In this document: positions 1 through 9,747 of the stretch, piece after piece
Layout: the number at the start of each line of letters is the position of its first letter
Position numbering within the stretch: the stretch's first letter is position 1
Origin: a virus
Direction: 5' to 3' (one strand)
Length of the DNA: 64,000 bases
IMG/VR virus record: IMGVR_UViG_3300017917_001940
Span: 1-64,000 of that record
Translations under genes and position numbers: made by a program
The notes under the pieces: generated by a model
What the model was told of the DNA's origin: nothing
The model's database searches: none
Seen by the model: the letters and a program-made list of their open reading frames with translations, nothing else

Positions 1-45
1 AAGTAAAAGTTAGCTCCTGGACTGTGGCAACACAGTTCATTTTAC

Positions 46-76
46 CAGGTACCCCTAAAAAGGTACCTGTTTTTTT
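46..76 (+). terminator. Rho-independent terminator
   Basis: Stem CAGGTACC(46-53)/GGTACCTG(62-69), 8-nt loop, followed by T7. Confidence 0.8.
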
Positions 77-103
77 GACTTTTGTTGTTGTTATAGTTAC
101 AAT
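75..103 (+). promoter_or_regulatory. sigma70-type early promoter
   Basis: TTGACT-17nt-TACAAT; ATG at 110 lies 6 nt after the -10 box. Confidence 0.7.
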
Positions 104-109
104 AATAAA

Positions 110-889
110 ATGACAAAGATTTTAGTAGTTGGTGACAGTATAACATTTGGCGCCGGGCTGGCCTTGGAAAATAACGATCCAAGACTTTGGGTTAATCAGC
201 TAGTCGCTCAAACTTTTACTCAGTACAAATTAACAAATCTCGCCGAGATTGGTCGCAACAATCAGTGGATTTTTAATGAATCTGCTAGTGAGTTGCTAAC
301 CAACGATTATGATATAGCTATCATTGGATGGAGTGAAATTTCTAGATTTAATTTTGATATAGGTTTAGAATTATATAAAACTACGTCAATGTTAAATGAC
401 ATGGATATTAATATTAATAACGGAGTTTGTGTGTCAGGTAAATGGTTGGAAGAAACCGGCAATCGATTGAGACGCTACTATAATGACCATTGGGCAATTC
501 TTGACTTGATTAAATATGTAAATATACTATATAATATACAAGTAGGTTGTAAAAATAAAAAAATATTTTTTGTAAATACCCTGGCTCTCTGGACACAGAA
601 CTATTTTGAGTATACCAATTTTTCTTTTCCTAACGAACTTTCGGAATTTCAACAGCAAATGTTAAATGTCGACACCAGAGATGATCTAGAGATTAAAAAG
701 TTATATAATATGACTCATCAACATTACAAAAAATATGGCGGAATACGAAATGAATGTTGGTTAAATTTATATCATCCTCTACATACGTTAAAAGTTGACC
801 AAGTATCATCAACTGATGCACACCCAGGATATGCCAGTCAAGATATCTTTGTAAAACATTTATTACCGGAGCTCCATGCGAGAATGTAA
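110..889 (+). CDS. SGNH/GDSL-like hydrolase
   Basis: N-terminal VVGDSITFG block I; C-terminal DAHP (D-x-H-like). Confidence 0.6.
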   Translation: MTKILVVGDSITFGAGLALENNDPRLWVNQLVAQTFTQYKLTNLAEIGRNNQWIFNESASELLTNDYDIAIIGWSEISRFNFDIGLELYKTTSMLNDMDININNGVCVSGKWLEETGNRLRRYYNDHWAILDLIKYVNILYNIQVGCKNKKIFFVNTLALWTQNYFEYTNFSFPNELSEFQQQMLNVDTRDDLEIKKLYNMTHQHYKKYGGIRNECWLNLYHPLHTLKVDQVSSTDAHPGYASQDIFVKHLLPELHARM

Positions 890-2348
890 AATAATAATCA
901 AGGACGAAGTAAACATTAAGTTGGAAGGACTAGAACTTGATGCTCGTAAAGCCCTGGTAAACCGATTCAAATACGACGTGCCGTATGCTAGGTATTTGCC
1001 GGCGGTGCGACTCGGACGTTGGGATGGTAAGGTCAGTTACTTTCAACTGGGCGGTAGCACATACACTAACCTGTTGCCAGAAATCGTGCCTATCTTAGAA
1101 GAATACAACTACGATATTGACTTAGAAGATCAGCGCGACTATCGGACAGTGTTTGAGTTTGAACCTGTGCGTGAGGATAGCTTTAGTCATATCATGTGGC
1201 CCAAAGGGCATCCGCAGGCCGGCGAACCAATGGCCTTGCGTGACTATCAAGTTGAGATCGTCAACAACTTCTTAGCTAACCCACAGTGTATTCAAGAGAT
1301 TGCCACTGGTGCAGGTAAAACAGTAATGACCGCGGCATTGTCAAATGCAGTTACACCATATGGACGTAGTATTGTTATTGTGCCTAACAAAAGCCTTGTG
1401 ACCCAAACATATAAAGATTATGTTAATATGGGTCTGGATGTGGGTGTGTACTTTGGCGACGACAAAGAGTGGGGTCGCCAACATACTATTTGCACTTGGC
1501 AAAGTTTAAACGTGTTACTTAAGAATACCAAAGCAGGTACCACCGATGATGACTGTACTATCATGGAGTTCTTGGAAGATGTAGTGTGCGTGATAGTTGA
1601 TGAAGTACACATGGCCAAAGCAGATGCACTAAAAACCTTGCTCACCGGAGTAATGTCGCGGGTGCCCATTCGTTGGGGACTAACAGGAACAATACCAAAA
1701 GAAGATTTTGAATTCCAAGCTCTGCGTGTTAGTCTAGGACCAGTTATCGGACACTTAAAAGCCAGCACACTACAAGACCAAGGTGTGCTAGCACAGTGTC
1801 ATGTAAACATCGTACAGTTACAAGATCACGTAGAATATTCTAACTATCAAAGCGAATTAAAATACTTGTTAGAAGAGTCTGGGCGCCTGGATACCATGGC
1901 TGAACTCATACAACGAGTGAATGAAACAGGCAACACCCTGGTATTGGTAGACCGTGTGGCAGCCGGAACAGAGCTTGTGAACAGACTTAAGAATGCTGTG
2001 TTTGTTTCGGGTGCAACTAAATCAAAAGAAAGGCAAAACGAGTATGATGAAGTGGCTGATGTCGATGACAAAATCATTGTGGCTACCTATGGAGTGGCTG
2101 CCGTTGGTATTAATATTCCTCGCATATTCAACCTTGTGCTTGTGGAACCTGGCAAGAGCTTTGTTCGGGTAATACAATCAATAGGACGAGGTATTCGCAA
2201 AGCTGAGGACAAAGACTTTGTGCAAATCTGGGACGTTACTAGCACATGTAAGTTTGCCAAACGTCATTTAACCAAACGCAAACAGTACTACAAAGAAGCC
2301 CGGTATCCGTTTACTCAAGAAAAACTTGAGTGGATGAAAATAAAATAA
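876..2348 (+). CDS. uvsW: UvsW-like superfamily 2 DNA helicase
   Basis: LRDYQ Q-motif, ATGAGKT Walker A, DEVH, GLTGT, QSIGRGIR motif VI; T4-like context. Confidence 0.85.
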   Translation: MRECKIIIKDEVNIKLEGLELDARKALVNRFKYDVPYARYLPAVRLGRWDGKVSYFQLGGSTYTNLLPEIVPILEEYNYDIDLEDQRDYRTVFEFEPVREDSFSHIMWPKGHPQAGEPMALRDYQVEIVNNFLANPQCIQEIATGAGKTVMTAALSNAVTPYGRSIVIVPNKSLVTQTYKDYVNMGLDVGVYFGDDKEWGRQHTICTWQSLNVLLKNTKAGTTDDDCTIMEFLEDVVCVIVDEVHMAKADALKTLLTGVMSRVPIRWGLTGTIPKEDFEFQALRVSLGPVIGHLKASTLQDQGVLAQCHVNIVQLQDHVEYSNYQSELKYLLEESGRLDTMAELIQRVNETGNTLVLVDRVAAGTELVNRLKNAVFVSGATKSKERQNEYDEVADVDDKIIVATYGVAAVGINIPRIFNLVLVEPGKSFVRVIQSIGRGIRKAEDKDFVQIWDVTSTCKFAKRHLTKRKQYYKEARYPFTQEKLEWMKIK

Positions 2349-2941
2349 TGGGTAATTTATTTCGTTCTGTTGAAAAACATCTGGTAGTTAATGATAGAGA
2401 AGTATTTGTAGAAATTGGCACAGCTCGAGGCAGTGGAGGATCCACACAGTATTTTGATCAGTTAGCTAGACAACACAATACAAAACTACATACGGTTGAT
2501 ATTGATTCACGTGAGTATATTTTACAGTATACTCCAAACACTATTGGTTATCAAATGTCCGGTAGTATGTGGGCACAAGATGTCTTTCCTTTACTTGACA
2601 AACATATAGCATGTCTTTATTTGGACAATTATGATTACAATTATTGGATCGGCGATAATTGCGAAATGATTCAGAGTCAAAAAACTGAATACCAGGAGAA
2701 ATATAACATTGTATTAAGCAACAACGATTGCCAAGTTGAACACTTAAAACAAATGATTTCATTATTACCGTTTATAAGTGATACTGGTATAATTGTTTGC
2801 GATGACACTTATTTGTACAATGATTGTTGGATTGGCAAGTGTGGTGCTGTTGTTGTTTATCTATTGGCAAACAATTATAAAATTGTCGAGATTGACGATG
2901 TTCAGGGTCAAAGTTATGGAGTTATCCTCAAACGAGGTTGA
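2330..2941 (+). CDS. Putative class I SAM-dependent methyltransferase (likely start 2348)
   Basis: VFVEIGTARGSGG motif I-like, LHTVDID, LYLDN, IIVCDDT. Confidence 0.5.
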   Translation: MDENKIMGNLFRSVEKHLVVNDREVFVEIGTARGSGGSTQYFDQLARQHNTKLHTVDIDSREYILQYTPNTIGYQMSGSMWAQDVFPLLDKHIACLYLDNYDYNYWIGDNCEMIQSQKTEYQEKYNIVLSNNDCQVEHLKQMISLLPFISDTGIIVCDDTYLYNDCWIGKCGAVVVYLLANNYKIVEIDDVQGQSYGVILKRG

Positions 2942-2967
2942 CTTTTTGTTTATCAATCTGTTATATT
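2938..2967 (+). promoter_or_regulatory. sigma70-type promoter
   Basis: TTGACT-18nt-TATATT, 7 nt before ATG 2975. Confidence 0.5.
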
Positions 2968-2974
2968 ACACAAT

Positions 2975-3475
2975 ATGAGAATACTCACCTTAGATAATAA
3001 ATCATTTGAACTAGATCATTTACCAGAAGAGGTTGATGATATGCGTTTTGCTATTTTAGACAATAGCAATCCACAAGACCCAGATTATCATTACATTCCG
3101 TTAATCTTCTTGGAAAGTTTTAACAGCCCGGCACTGGTGCTACGTATTGGTGAACACCGTGTTAAAATGCCTGTAGATTGGCAAATACTCATTGGCGAAC
3201 CTGACTTAGGTGATTTAGAAATTATTCCGCTAACATCAATTAATGATCGTGGATTTAAAGCATTTCAGTTTAACCCATTGGGTAGTTTCCGTCCTAGTTT
3301 CCCTAACATTGAAATTATTGACGTTTATCACGAAGTTAATTGGTATGCACCTAAACTAAAAAATGGACAGATGTTGTGTGTGCCATTAGGCGATAGTACT
3401 GACCCAGAATGTGTTTACTTTGTTAAAGACATCAGTCGTAATTGCGAAATAGTAGACTACAACAAGGCATGGTAG
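2975..3475 (+). CDS. Hypothetical phage protein
   Basis: Clean ORF, own promoter, operon context; no motif recognised. Confidence 0.6.
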   Translation: MRILTLDNKSFELDHLPEEVDDMRFAILDNSNPQDPDYHYIPLIFLESFNSPALVLRIGEHRVKMPVDWQILIGEPDLGDLEIIPLTSINDRGFKAFQFNPLGSFRPSFPNIEIIDVYHEVNWYAPKLKNGQMLCVPLGDSTDPECVYFVKDISRNCEIVDYNKAW

Positions 3476-3732
3476 ACTTGGGTAAACTCAAACCCGGTGC
3501 AACATACATATATGAACGAGCTGATGGTATTATCTATGCTCGTGAATTTGGTGGAAATCCTAACGAACGACTTGTTGTAGGATACGAAAGCCCTCAGGAC
3601 TACGAACGCCTTTCGGGTATTAAAGAAGATCAACTATGGACAAAAATTAGACAAGCCGCTAACACTAATCCTGCTTTACAAGAAGCATTAGATCGTGTTA
3701 AAGTATTATATGAACTGACTAAAGATGAGTGA
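3442..3732 (+). CDS. Hypothetical protein (probable start 3469)
   Basis: ORF overlaps both neighbours in the operon. Confidence 0.55.
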   Translation: MRNSRLQQGMVDLGKLKPGATYIYERADGIIYAREFGGNPNERLVVGYESPQDYERLSGIKEDQLWTKIRQAANTNPALQEALDRVKVLYELTKDE

Positions 3733-4174
3733 TAAACTAAGCATTAACAACGAGATGGCTGTGTTTGATCGTAAGGAACGTGATTTCTACGATAATCTAA
3801 CCGATGAAGAGCGCAAGAAGTTTAGTACGTTTCTAATGATTCGCTATGGATCAAGTGTACTCGGATCTCGTGACCTACAAGAGTTTTATGTAATCAGTTG
3901 CAATGAGCGACTAAACAAACACTTCTTTGCTCTACACAAGCATCCTAAACTACAGTGGCTCATGGCCACAACTGTTAGTCCTGGTTTGGGCACATTTAGA
4001 CACCAGTGGATTGCTCCTAAGAAGAAAGAAGCTGGCCCTGCAGGCAGTGTTAAAAAACAACTAGCTGAACTATTTCCTACTATGAAGTCAGATGAAATAG
4101 ACTTGCTAGCAGAAATAACTACCAAAAAAGAGTTAGATCAATATCTCAAGGATCATGGACAAGACAAGAAGTAA
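3725..4174 (+). CDS. Putative clamp-loader small subunit (gp62-like)
   Basis: KKFSTFLMIRY...NERLN...KHPKLQW...HQWIAPKKK resembles T4-like clamp loader A subunits; replication context. Confidence 0.45.
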   Translation: MSDKLSINNEMAVFDRKERDFYDNLTDEERKKFSTFLMIRYGSSVLGSRDLQEFYVISCNERLNKHFFALHKHPKLQWLMATTVSPGLGTFRHQWIAPKKKEAGPAGSVKKQLAELFPTMKSDEIDLLAEITTKKELDQYLKDHGQDKK

Positions 4175-4845
4175 TGTTTACTTGCAATTATTGTAAAAAA
4201 GAGTTTGCTAAAGAAACTTCAATTGCGGTTCATATGTGTGAGCCAAAACGTCGTCGCATGGAAAAAGACGAGCGCGGAGTACAGTTAGGATTCCAGGCAT
4301 ACATTAAGTTTTACGAAACAATGCAAGGATCAGCACGTTTAAAAACATTTGAAGACTTTGCTGAAAGTGCATACTATAAAGCATTTGTTAAATTTGGTCG
4401 CTATTGTTTGGTCATACGTGCCGTTAACCCTGCACGTTTTATGGACTGGCTGTTAAAGAACAACAAGAAACTAGATCGGTGGTGCAGTGATCAACTGTAC
4501 ACAGAATACCTGGTGCACTATGTAAGAGTTGAGCATGTGGATGACGCACTGGCTCGTAGCATCGAGTGGAGTATAGCCTGGAGCGAGGAACATCAGGCAC
4601 CTGCACATGATTGCCTACGTTATGGCAATACTAATACCATATGCTATGCACTGACAACAGGACGCATAAGTCCTTGGTGCATTTATAATAGTGATTCGGG
4701 TGTAGAGTTTCTGGGCAGTTTAACAGAAGATCAAATTGCCATGATTTGGCCGTATATTGAAAGTGACGTTTGGCAGAAGAAGTTTAGAGACTATCCGGCT
4801 GACGTGGAGTACGTTAAAGACATATTGAAGAAAGCAGGTTGGTAA
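4174..4845 (+). CDS. Hypothetical protein with N-terminal zinc-finger-like motif
   Basis: FTCNYCKKEFAKETSIAVHMC (C2-H-C pattern). Confidence 0.55.
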   Translation: MFTCNYCKKEFAKETSIAVHMCEPKRRRMEKDERGVQLGFQAYIKFYETMQGSARLKTFEDFAESAYYKAFVKFGRYCLVIRAVNPARFMDWLLKNNKKLDRWCSDQLYTEYLVHYVRVEHVDDALARSIEWSIAWSEEHQAPAHDCLRYGNTNTICYALTTGRISPWCIYNSDSGVEFLGSLTEDQIAMIWPYIESDVWQKKFRDYPADVEYVKDILKKAGW

Positions 4846-5207
4846 TGGACTTACTATTACTTGTAGGATTATTTGTAATAAAACATTTTATTGTGGACTT
4901 TGTGCTACAGACCCAAGAGGAAATTGAGCACAAAGGCACATACTTAGACTGGCGCGGTGTCAAGCACAGCGTAAAACATGGTATTGGCACACTGCTCATA
5001 CTCTGGGGCATCGGTGCTAGTTTTGAACTTTCTTGGATGTATGGTGGGCTAGACTTACTCATACACTATCACATTGATTGGGCCAAACAAAATATCACAC
5101 GTAATCTCACCGCTAACAATCGTTCATTCTGGATTTGGTTAGGTTTCGACCAAACTCTGCACTATTTGACTTACATCATATTCATTGCTATAATGATTAC
5201 AACATGA
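4839..5207 (+). CDS. DUF3307-like membrane protein (probable start 4845)
   Basis: KHFIVDFVLQT, HYHIDWAK, GFDQTLH His/Asp motifs between hydrophobic helices. Confidence 0.7.
   Translation: MVMDLLLLVGLFVIKHFIVDFVLQTQEEIEHKGTYLDWRGVKHSVKHGIGTLLILWGIGASFELSWMYGGLDLLIHYHIDWAKQNITRNLTANNRSFWIWLGFDQTLHYLTYIIFIAIMITT
5166..5194 (+). promoter_or_regulatory. sigma70-type promoter inside the DUF3307 3' end
   Basis: TTGACT-17nt-TATAAT; ATG 5204 lies 9 nt downstream. Confidence 0.7.
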
Positions 5208-5938
5208 CACATCCATTGATTTATGTAAATGGATGCAGTTACAGTGATCAACACTATCATCCAAAGATGTTAGATAATACCTATGCTGAACATTATGGAC
5301 GTATGGTCAACGGTTATGTAATAAACCGAGCTCGAACCGGTAGTTGTAATCGACGCATTATTCGAACCACAGCACATGATGTTATTGAACAAAGAAAATT
5401 AAACCCTAGCCAGCATATTATCGCACTAATTCAATTAACATTCGAAATAAGAAATGAACTGTGGATCGATCATATTCAACCACCAGAGCCTGTAGAGTCA
5501 CACTTTCAAACACATCAATTTAGCAAGTTAATCAACTGGCGAGATCGATTATTAAAAAATGAATCCATATCCAATGATCAGGGTTTCTTAAAAAAGTGGA
5601 GCGAGGGGCGAGCGTTTTTCTACAATGCTTATGCTGAGCGCATAAACCTATTGCTCGATGTGTTAATGTTAACCAAACTATTCGATTCTCTTGATATAAA
5701 ATACTTAATTTTTCAAGGTCCAATTGCAGAAAAATTAGAAGATGAATATCTTAAAGATTTTTTCTTGGAGCAACTAGATAACACTAGAATACTTGATTTT
5801 GAAACGTTTGGTTTTTGTGACTGGGCCGACAAGCAAGGTTTTGATCCATTGGATCTAAGCGACCCTAGAGAAATTGGACATTACGGCCCAGATGCTCATA
5901 TTGCTTTTGCAAAAAAATTCTTGTATAATAAGTTATGA
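5204..5938 (+). CDS. SGNH-like hydrolase (start re-called from 5135 to ATG 5204)
   Basis: IYVNGCSYS block I-like; C-terminal IGHYG; ATGA overlap with upstream stop. Confidence 0.5.
   Translation: MTHPLIYVNGCSYSDQHYHPKMLDNTYAEHYGRMVNGYVINRARTGSCNRRIIRTTAHDVIEQRKLNPSQHIIALIQLTFEIRNELWIDHIQPPEPVESHFQTHQFSKLINWRDRLLKNESISNDQGFLKKWSEGRAFFYNAYAERINLLLDVLMLTKLFDSLDIKYLIFQGPIAEKLEDEYLKDFFLEQLDNTRILDFETFGFCDWADKQGFDPLDLSDPREIGHYGPDAHIAFAKKFLYNKL
5901..5929 (+). promoter_or_regulatory. sigma70-type promoter
   Basis: TTGCTT-17nt-TATAAT, 5 nt before ATG 5935. Confidence 0.65.
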
Positions 5939-6504
5939 GCGCAGATATTGACATTGACTTGGCAGATAGAGAACAGTTACTCAAACTGATCAACGCTATT
6001 CCGGCACGTCAATCAAACGGACGTAAGCATAACTCAGGTGTTTACATAACAGACATACCTTATGATCCTATCAACCAGTGTGCCGCAATAGACTACGAAA
6101 CTGCTGAACAACTGGGTTACTTTAAAATTGACTTGCTAAACATGAGTGTTTATGAGTTGGTTACTAGCCCTGAGCACTATGAAGAAATGCTCAACAAGGA
6201 GCCACCATGGTCACGCTTGTGGACAGATCCTGAGTGGGCCAGCAAACTAGCACACGTGGGTAACTACACTGATTTACTTGCTTCAATGAAACCAGACAGC
6301 ATACCACGCATGGCCGCATTTATTTCAATCATACGTCCAGGTAAAGCACACTTACAAAATAAACCGTGGAAGGAAGTATTCGACACAGTTTGGGATGGTG
6401 ATGCTAGTAGAGGATTTGTGTTTAAGAAAGCCCACGCTATAAGTTACGCGGCACTGGTAGCACTACATATGAATTTACTCAACACGCCTAACGAGGGTAA
6501 TTGA
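5935..6504 (+). CDS. Miniature DNA polymerase III alpha (DnaE)-like protein
   Basis: ADIDIDL, KHNSGVYI, GYFKIDLL, IIRPG, FVFKKAHAISY match C-family polymerase motifs in correct order. Confidence 0.7.
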   Translation: MSADIDIDLADREQLLKLINAIPARQSNGRKHNSGVYITDIPYDPINQCAAIDYETAEQLGYFKIDLLNMSVYELVTSPEHYEEMLNKEPPWSRLWTDPEWASKLAHVGNYTDLLASMKPDSIPRMAAFISIIRPGKAHLQNKPWKEVFDTVWDGDASRGFVFKKAHAISYAALVALHMNLLNTPNEGN

Positions 6505-6852
6505 TTTACGCTTGGATTTTTTGCGAGCCATTTCTGCTAGACTGCACACAGGGCCGTGAAGTATTTCTAAATCTTTATTGATAAAAGTACGCAGGTAAGT
6601 TTTAAACGGATCCCATTCTTGCTTTAAGAAGATATTAATGGGTATGCTACGATTGCTTTCCCACCACCAAATGTTGGCTAATTCTACAAATTTACGCTTG
6701 AGATCAACGTCTTGTATGGCGCCAAAGTCGTAAATGGTAGTAATTAAATCGTCTTGATTTTGAATGATTCCTACATATTCATTAGTGGCGTAGACGCACA
6801 ACGTAATAAACGGATACTGATCAGTTAATTTTGCGAATAAGTCATTGCCCAT
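6475..6852 (-). CDS. Hypothetical phage protein
   Basis: 125-aa ORF with TAAATA box 9 nt upstream on the minus strand. Confidence 0.6.
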   Translation of the reverse strand: MGNDLFAKLTDQYPFITLCVYATNEYVGIIQNQDDLITTIYDFGAIQDVDLKRKFVELANIWWWESNRSIPINIFLKQEWDPFKTYLRTFINKDLEILHGPVCSLAEMARKKSKRKSITLVRRVE

Positions 6853-6861
6853 AATCAGAGA

Positions 6862-6889
6862 TATTTACCAATTTGTTTTACGATAAATA
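6862..6889. promoter_or_regulatory. Divergent pair of T4-like late promoter boxes (TAAATA)
   Basis: TATTTA at 6862-6867 (minus) and TAAATA at 6884-6889 (plus), each 7-9 nt from an ATG. Confidence 0.6.
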
Positions 6890-6896
6890 ATAAACT

Positions 6897-8015
6897 ATGT
6901 ATTCAACCGCTGTTTATCTTTACCAACAAAAAACTCGAGTACTAATGATGGACACCGGTGCCGGCACTACATTCACATATAGGTATGATCCCGTGTACGC
7001 TAAAAAACTAACAATTAATAAAGGTGTTGACAACGTGATTTTGTTTGAATTTATCAACCAAGATCAAAAGCCTGTTAACATTACTGGTAGCACTCTTGTA
7101 TTCCGTTTGATCAGTCAAGACGGACTAGAGTTATTAAACGAAACTCCAATGGTTATATTAAACGCACAGTATGGACGTGCCAAAGTAACCATTCCAGCCA
7201 GCGATTTAAACACCATTGAGGCTCAACGTGCTAGTTACTCGATCAGCCGAGCAAGTGGTAACTTATACGAAGCAGTATTCACTGATGCACAAGCCGGCGC
7301 ACGTGCTGACGTGGACATTGTAGACAGCGTTTACCCAGAATTTGTACAAAGTGCGTTTTTAACCATACCTACCACCCAACTTGGAGCACAGGGACAAGCA
7401 GGTGGCAGTTCTAGTATGTTTTATCCAGACTGGGCACTGCAATCAAGCAACCCAATGCCTAACAGTTATGCACCTGTGCAATCAACCGAATACTTTTCCA
7501 GCTATATTGAGCCAACTAGTGCTGTGACCACTATCCAAATGGATCTAGTTGGATATACAGGATCGATCAAAGTACAAGCGGCAGAGAACTATCAAAGCAT
7601 TTGGTACAATGTTACAGAAAGTTTCCAATATCTAAACAAAACCGGTACAATTCATATTAATGTGCTAGGTTGGCATCCATTGTTACGTGTGGGCTTTAAT
7701 AACTCGGTTTATACCACTGGATTGGGCGGAAACCAACGCATGGGTTGGCCTGCACAAGCAAACGTCACTGTGGAAAACGGTGTGGTTACCAATGTAGGAG
7801 TTGTCATCGGCGGTTATGGATACCTAGCACCTCCACTATGTGAAATTGTGGGCGACGGTGCAGGTGCTGTACTCGAAGCCGAAGTTAATAACGGATCTGT
7901 ATCAGCCATTAATGTCGTTAGTGGTGGTGCAGGTTATCGTCCAAACCCTCCAACTAACATCGGCGCAAGTGTGGTAATTAGTTGTGGTCGTGCTGAGAAT
8001 TTACGCTATCGTTAA
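6897..8015 (+). CDS. Putative virion structural protein (baseplate/tail-associated, beta-rich)
   Basis: Late promoter; N-terminal GVDNVILFEFINQDQKPVNITG Ig-like domain; C-terminal GGYGY/SGGAGY repeats. Confidence 0.45.
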   Translation: MYSTAVYLYQQKTRVLMMDTGAGTTFTYRYDPVYAKKLTINKGVDNVILFEFINQDQKPVNITGSTLVFRLISQDGLELLNETPMVILNAQYGRAKVTIPASDLNTIEAQRASYSISRASGNLYEAVFTDAQAGARADVDIVDSVYPEFVQSAFLTIPTTQLGAQGQAGGSSSMFYPDWALQSSNPMPNSYAPVQSTEYFSSYIEPTSAVTTIQMDLVGYTGSIKVQAAENYQSIWYNVTESFQYLNKTGTIHINVLGWHPLLRVGFNNSVYTTGLGGNQRMGWPAQANVTVENGVVTNVGVVIGGYGYLAPPLCEIVGDGAGAVLEAEVNNGSVSAINVVSGGAGYRPNPPTNIGASVVISCGRAENLRYR

Positions 8016-8035
8016 CAACTGCTATAAATTATAGC

Positions 8036-8773
8036 ATGAAGTTTAAAAAGATAGTAGGCTTTGGCGACAGTTGGACCTACGGTGACGAACTATTAGATCC
8101 CAACTTACTTAAAGAACATCCAGACGCACATTTCTGTTGGGATCAAAATACTGACTATAGAGAACGCAACTGTTTTCTTGGCCAATTAGCTGATCATTAT
8201 AATATTCCATACGAAAACTTTGGTATCCCCGGCGGTAGTTTAACATCAACTGAGTGGACATTTCAATGGTGGTTAGATCACGAAACATTCGATCTTAGTG
8301 ATTGTTTGGTATTAATTGGACTTACCAATGCCGACCGCATTACACACTATAACCCTAATCACGTACATTATTCAAACGATCCACCGTGGAACAAGTTTAT
8401 TCATAGTAGCTGGGTAGAGTTTGGTTCCAGCGTTATTCCAGAAGAATGGCGCACCATGGTCAAACAAGAGATTGTATTAACCACTTGCCCAGAATTAGAA
8501 ATGATTAACTTCCACAATGCTGTGTTGTTCTTTGATGGTATTGCCGCTAGGAACAACATTAATCTATTACAATTTAACATCATGCCCGCACCACGTCCGA
8601 TTGAACATGCACCCACGTATATTTGGCCGGACTTTTCCTGGACCATGTATTTCAGAGATCATCCTGGAAACCAAAAAAGAGAATTAGTCAAACCAGATGG
8701 ACATCCAAATGAAATTGGACATGGTTTGATAAAAGACCGCTTGATCGCACACATAGAATCCTGTACAATGTAA
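8036..8773 (+). CDS. SGNH-like hydrolase
   Basis: IVGFGDSWTYG block I; C-terminal PDGHPN. Confidence 0.6.
   Translation: MKFKKIVGFGDSWTYGDELLDPNLLKEHPDAHFCWDQNTDYRERNCFLGQLADHYNIPYENFGIPGGSLTSTEWTFQWWLDHETFDLSDCLVLIGLTNADRITHYNPNHVHYSNDPPWNKFIHSSWVEFGSSVIPEEWRTMVKQEIVLTTCPELEMINFHNAVLFFDGIAARNNINLLQFNIMPAPRPIEHAPTYIWPDFSWTMYFRDHPGNQKRELVKPDGHPNEIGHGLIKDRLIAHIESCTM
8741..8769 (+). promoter_or_regulatory. sigma70-type promoter for primase
   Basis: TTGATC-17nt-TACAAT, 6 nt before ATG 8776. Confidence 0.6.
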
Positions 8774-8775
8774 GG

Positions 8776-9747
8776 ATGCTTGACATCCTTGCTTATCTAC
8801 CTGCTAAACGTAAAAAGTCTTCTGGCGGGTGGATTTCATTTAACGCACCATGTTGTGTACACAATGGCGAAAGCCAAGATCGGCGTCAACGTGGCGGACT
8901 AATGTTAAATGATCAAGGTTGGAGTTATCACTGCTTTAATTGTGGATTTAAAACCAGCTTTGTATTAGGGCGCCATTTGTCGTTTAAGGCTCGTAGTTTG
9001 CTACGTTGGCTCAATGTGCCGCAAGAAGAAATTGAGCGAGTGAACTTAGAAAGTCTCAAACACAAAAGCATCATAGGCATATTAGATGATCGCCAGCGTG
9101 TGGCCAATGAGTTACAAAGCATACACTTTGACAATCGAGAAATAGTTAATGCTGACTTGATAGGTCCAGGTGATGAGCATTATTGGGAATATTTAAGTCG
9201 GCGTCGTGTGCCCATGGATTATCCATTTATGAGATCCTTGGATAATCTTGGACGTGATCGCATTATTATTCCATTTACATACGATAATCGCATTGTAGGA
9301 ACTGCTGTGCGTTTTTTAGACAATCACACACCCAAGTATATTAACGACATACAGCATGGATATGTGTTTGGCACAGACTTACAACGTGAATCATGGCAGT
9401 ACGCACTGGTAATGGAAGGTGTGTTTGATGCACTAAGCATAGGTGGTCTGGCTGTGTTACACGCTGACGTCAATGACGCACAGGTCAAGCTCATACGTAG
9501 TTTAGGCAAAGAAGTTATTGTCGTGCCCGATCAAGACGAAGCTGGTATGAAGCTAGTAGATCGCGCAGTGGAATTAAACTGGGCAGTATCAATGCCTGAA
9601 TGGCCCGGCTGTAAAGATGTAAATGATGCTGTGATAAAATATGGTCGAATGGCCACACTAATATCCATACTAGCGGCCAAGGAAACTAGCAAGATAAAGA
9701 TTGAATTAAGGAAGAAGCAAATTGCCAAACACTTGCGTAGTGAATAA
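8776..9747 (+). CDS. DNA primase (Zn finger + TOPRIM)
   Basis: CCVH...HCFNC zinc domain; VMEGVFDAL, PDQDEAG, KDVND TOPRIM motifs. Confidence 0.85.
   Translation: MLDILAYLPAKRKKSSGGWISFNAPCCVHNGESQDRRQRGGLMLNDQGWSYHCFNCGFKTSFVLGRHLSFKARSLLRWLNVPQEEIERVNLESLKHKSIIGILDDRQRVANELQSIHFDNREIVNADLIGPGDEHYWEYLSRRRVPMDYPFMRSLDNLGRDRIIIPFTYDNRIVGTAVRFLDNHTPKYINDIQHGYVFGTDLQRESWQYALVMEGVFDALSIGGLAVLHADVNDAQVKLIRSLGKEVIVVPDQDEAGMKLVDRAVELNWAVSMPEWPGCKDVNDAVIKYGRMATLISILAAKETSKIKIELRKKQIAKHLRSE

Noticed and set aside
2975-3475. Hint/intein-like fold for this ORF
   Set aside because: Only a vague beta-rich resemblance; no N-terminal Cys/Ser or terminal Asn. Not supportable without an HMM or structure search.
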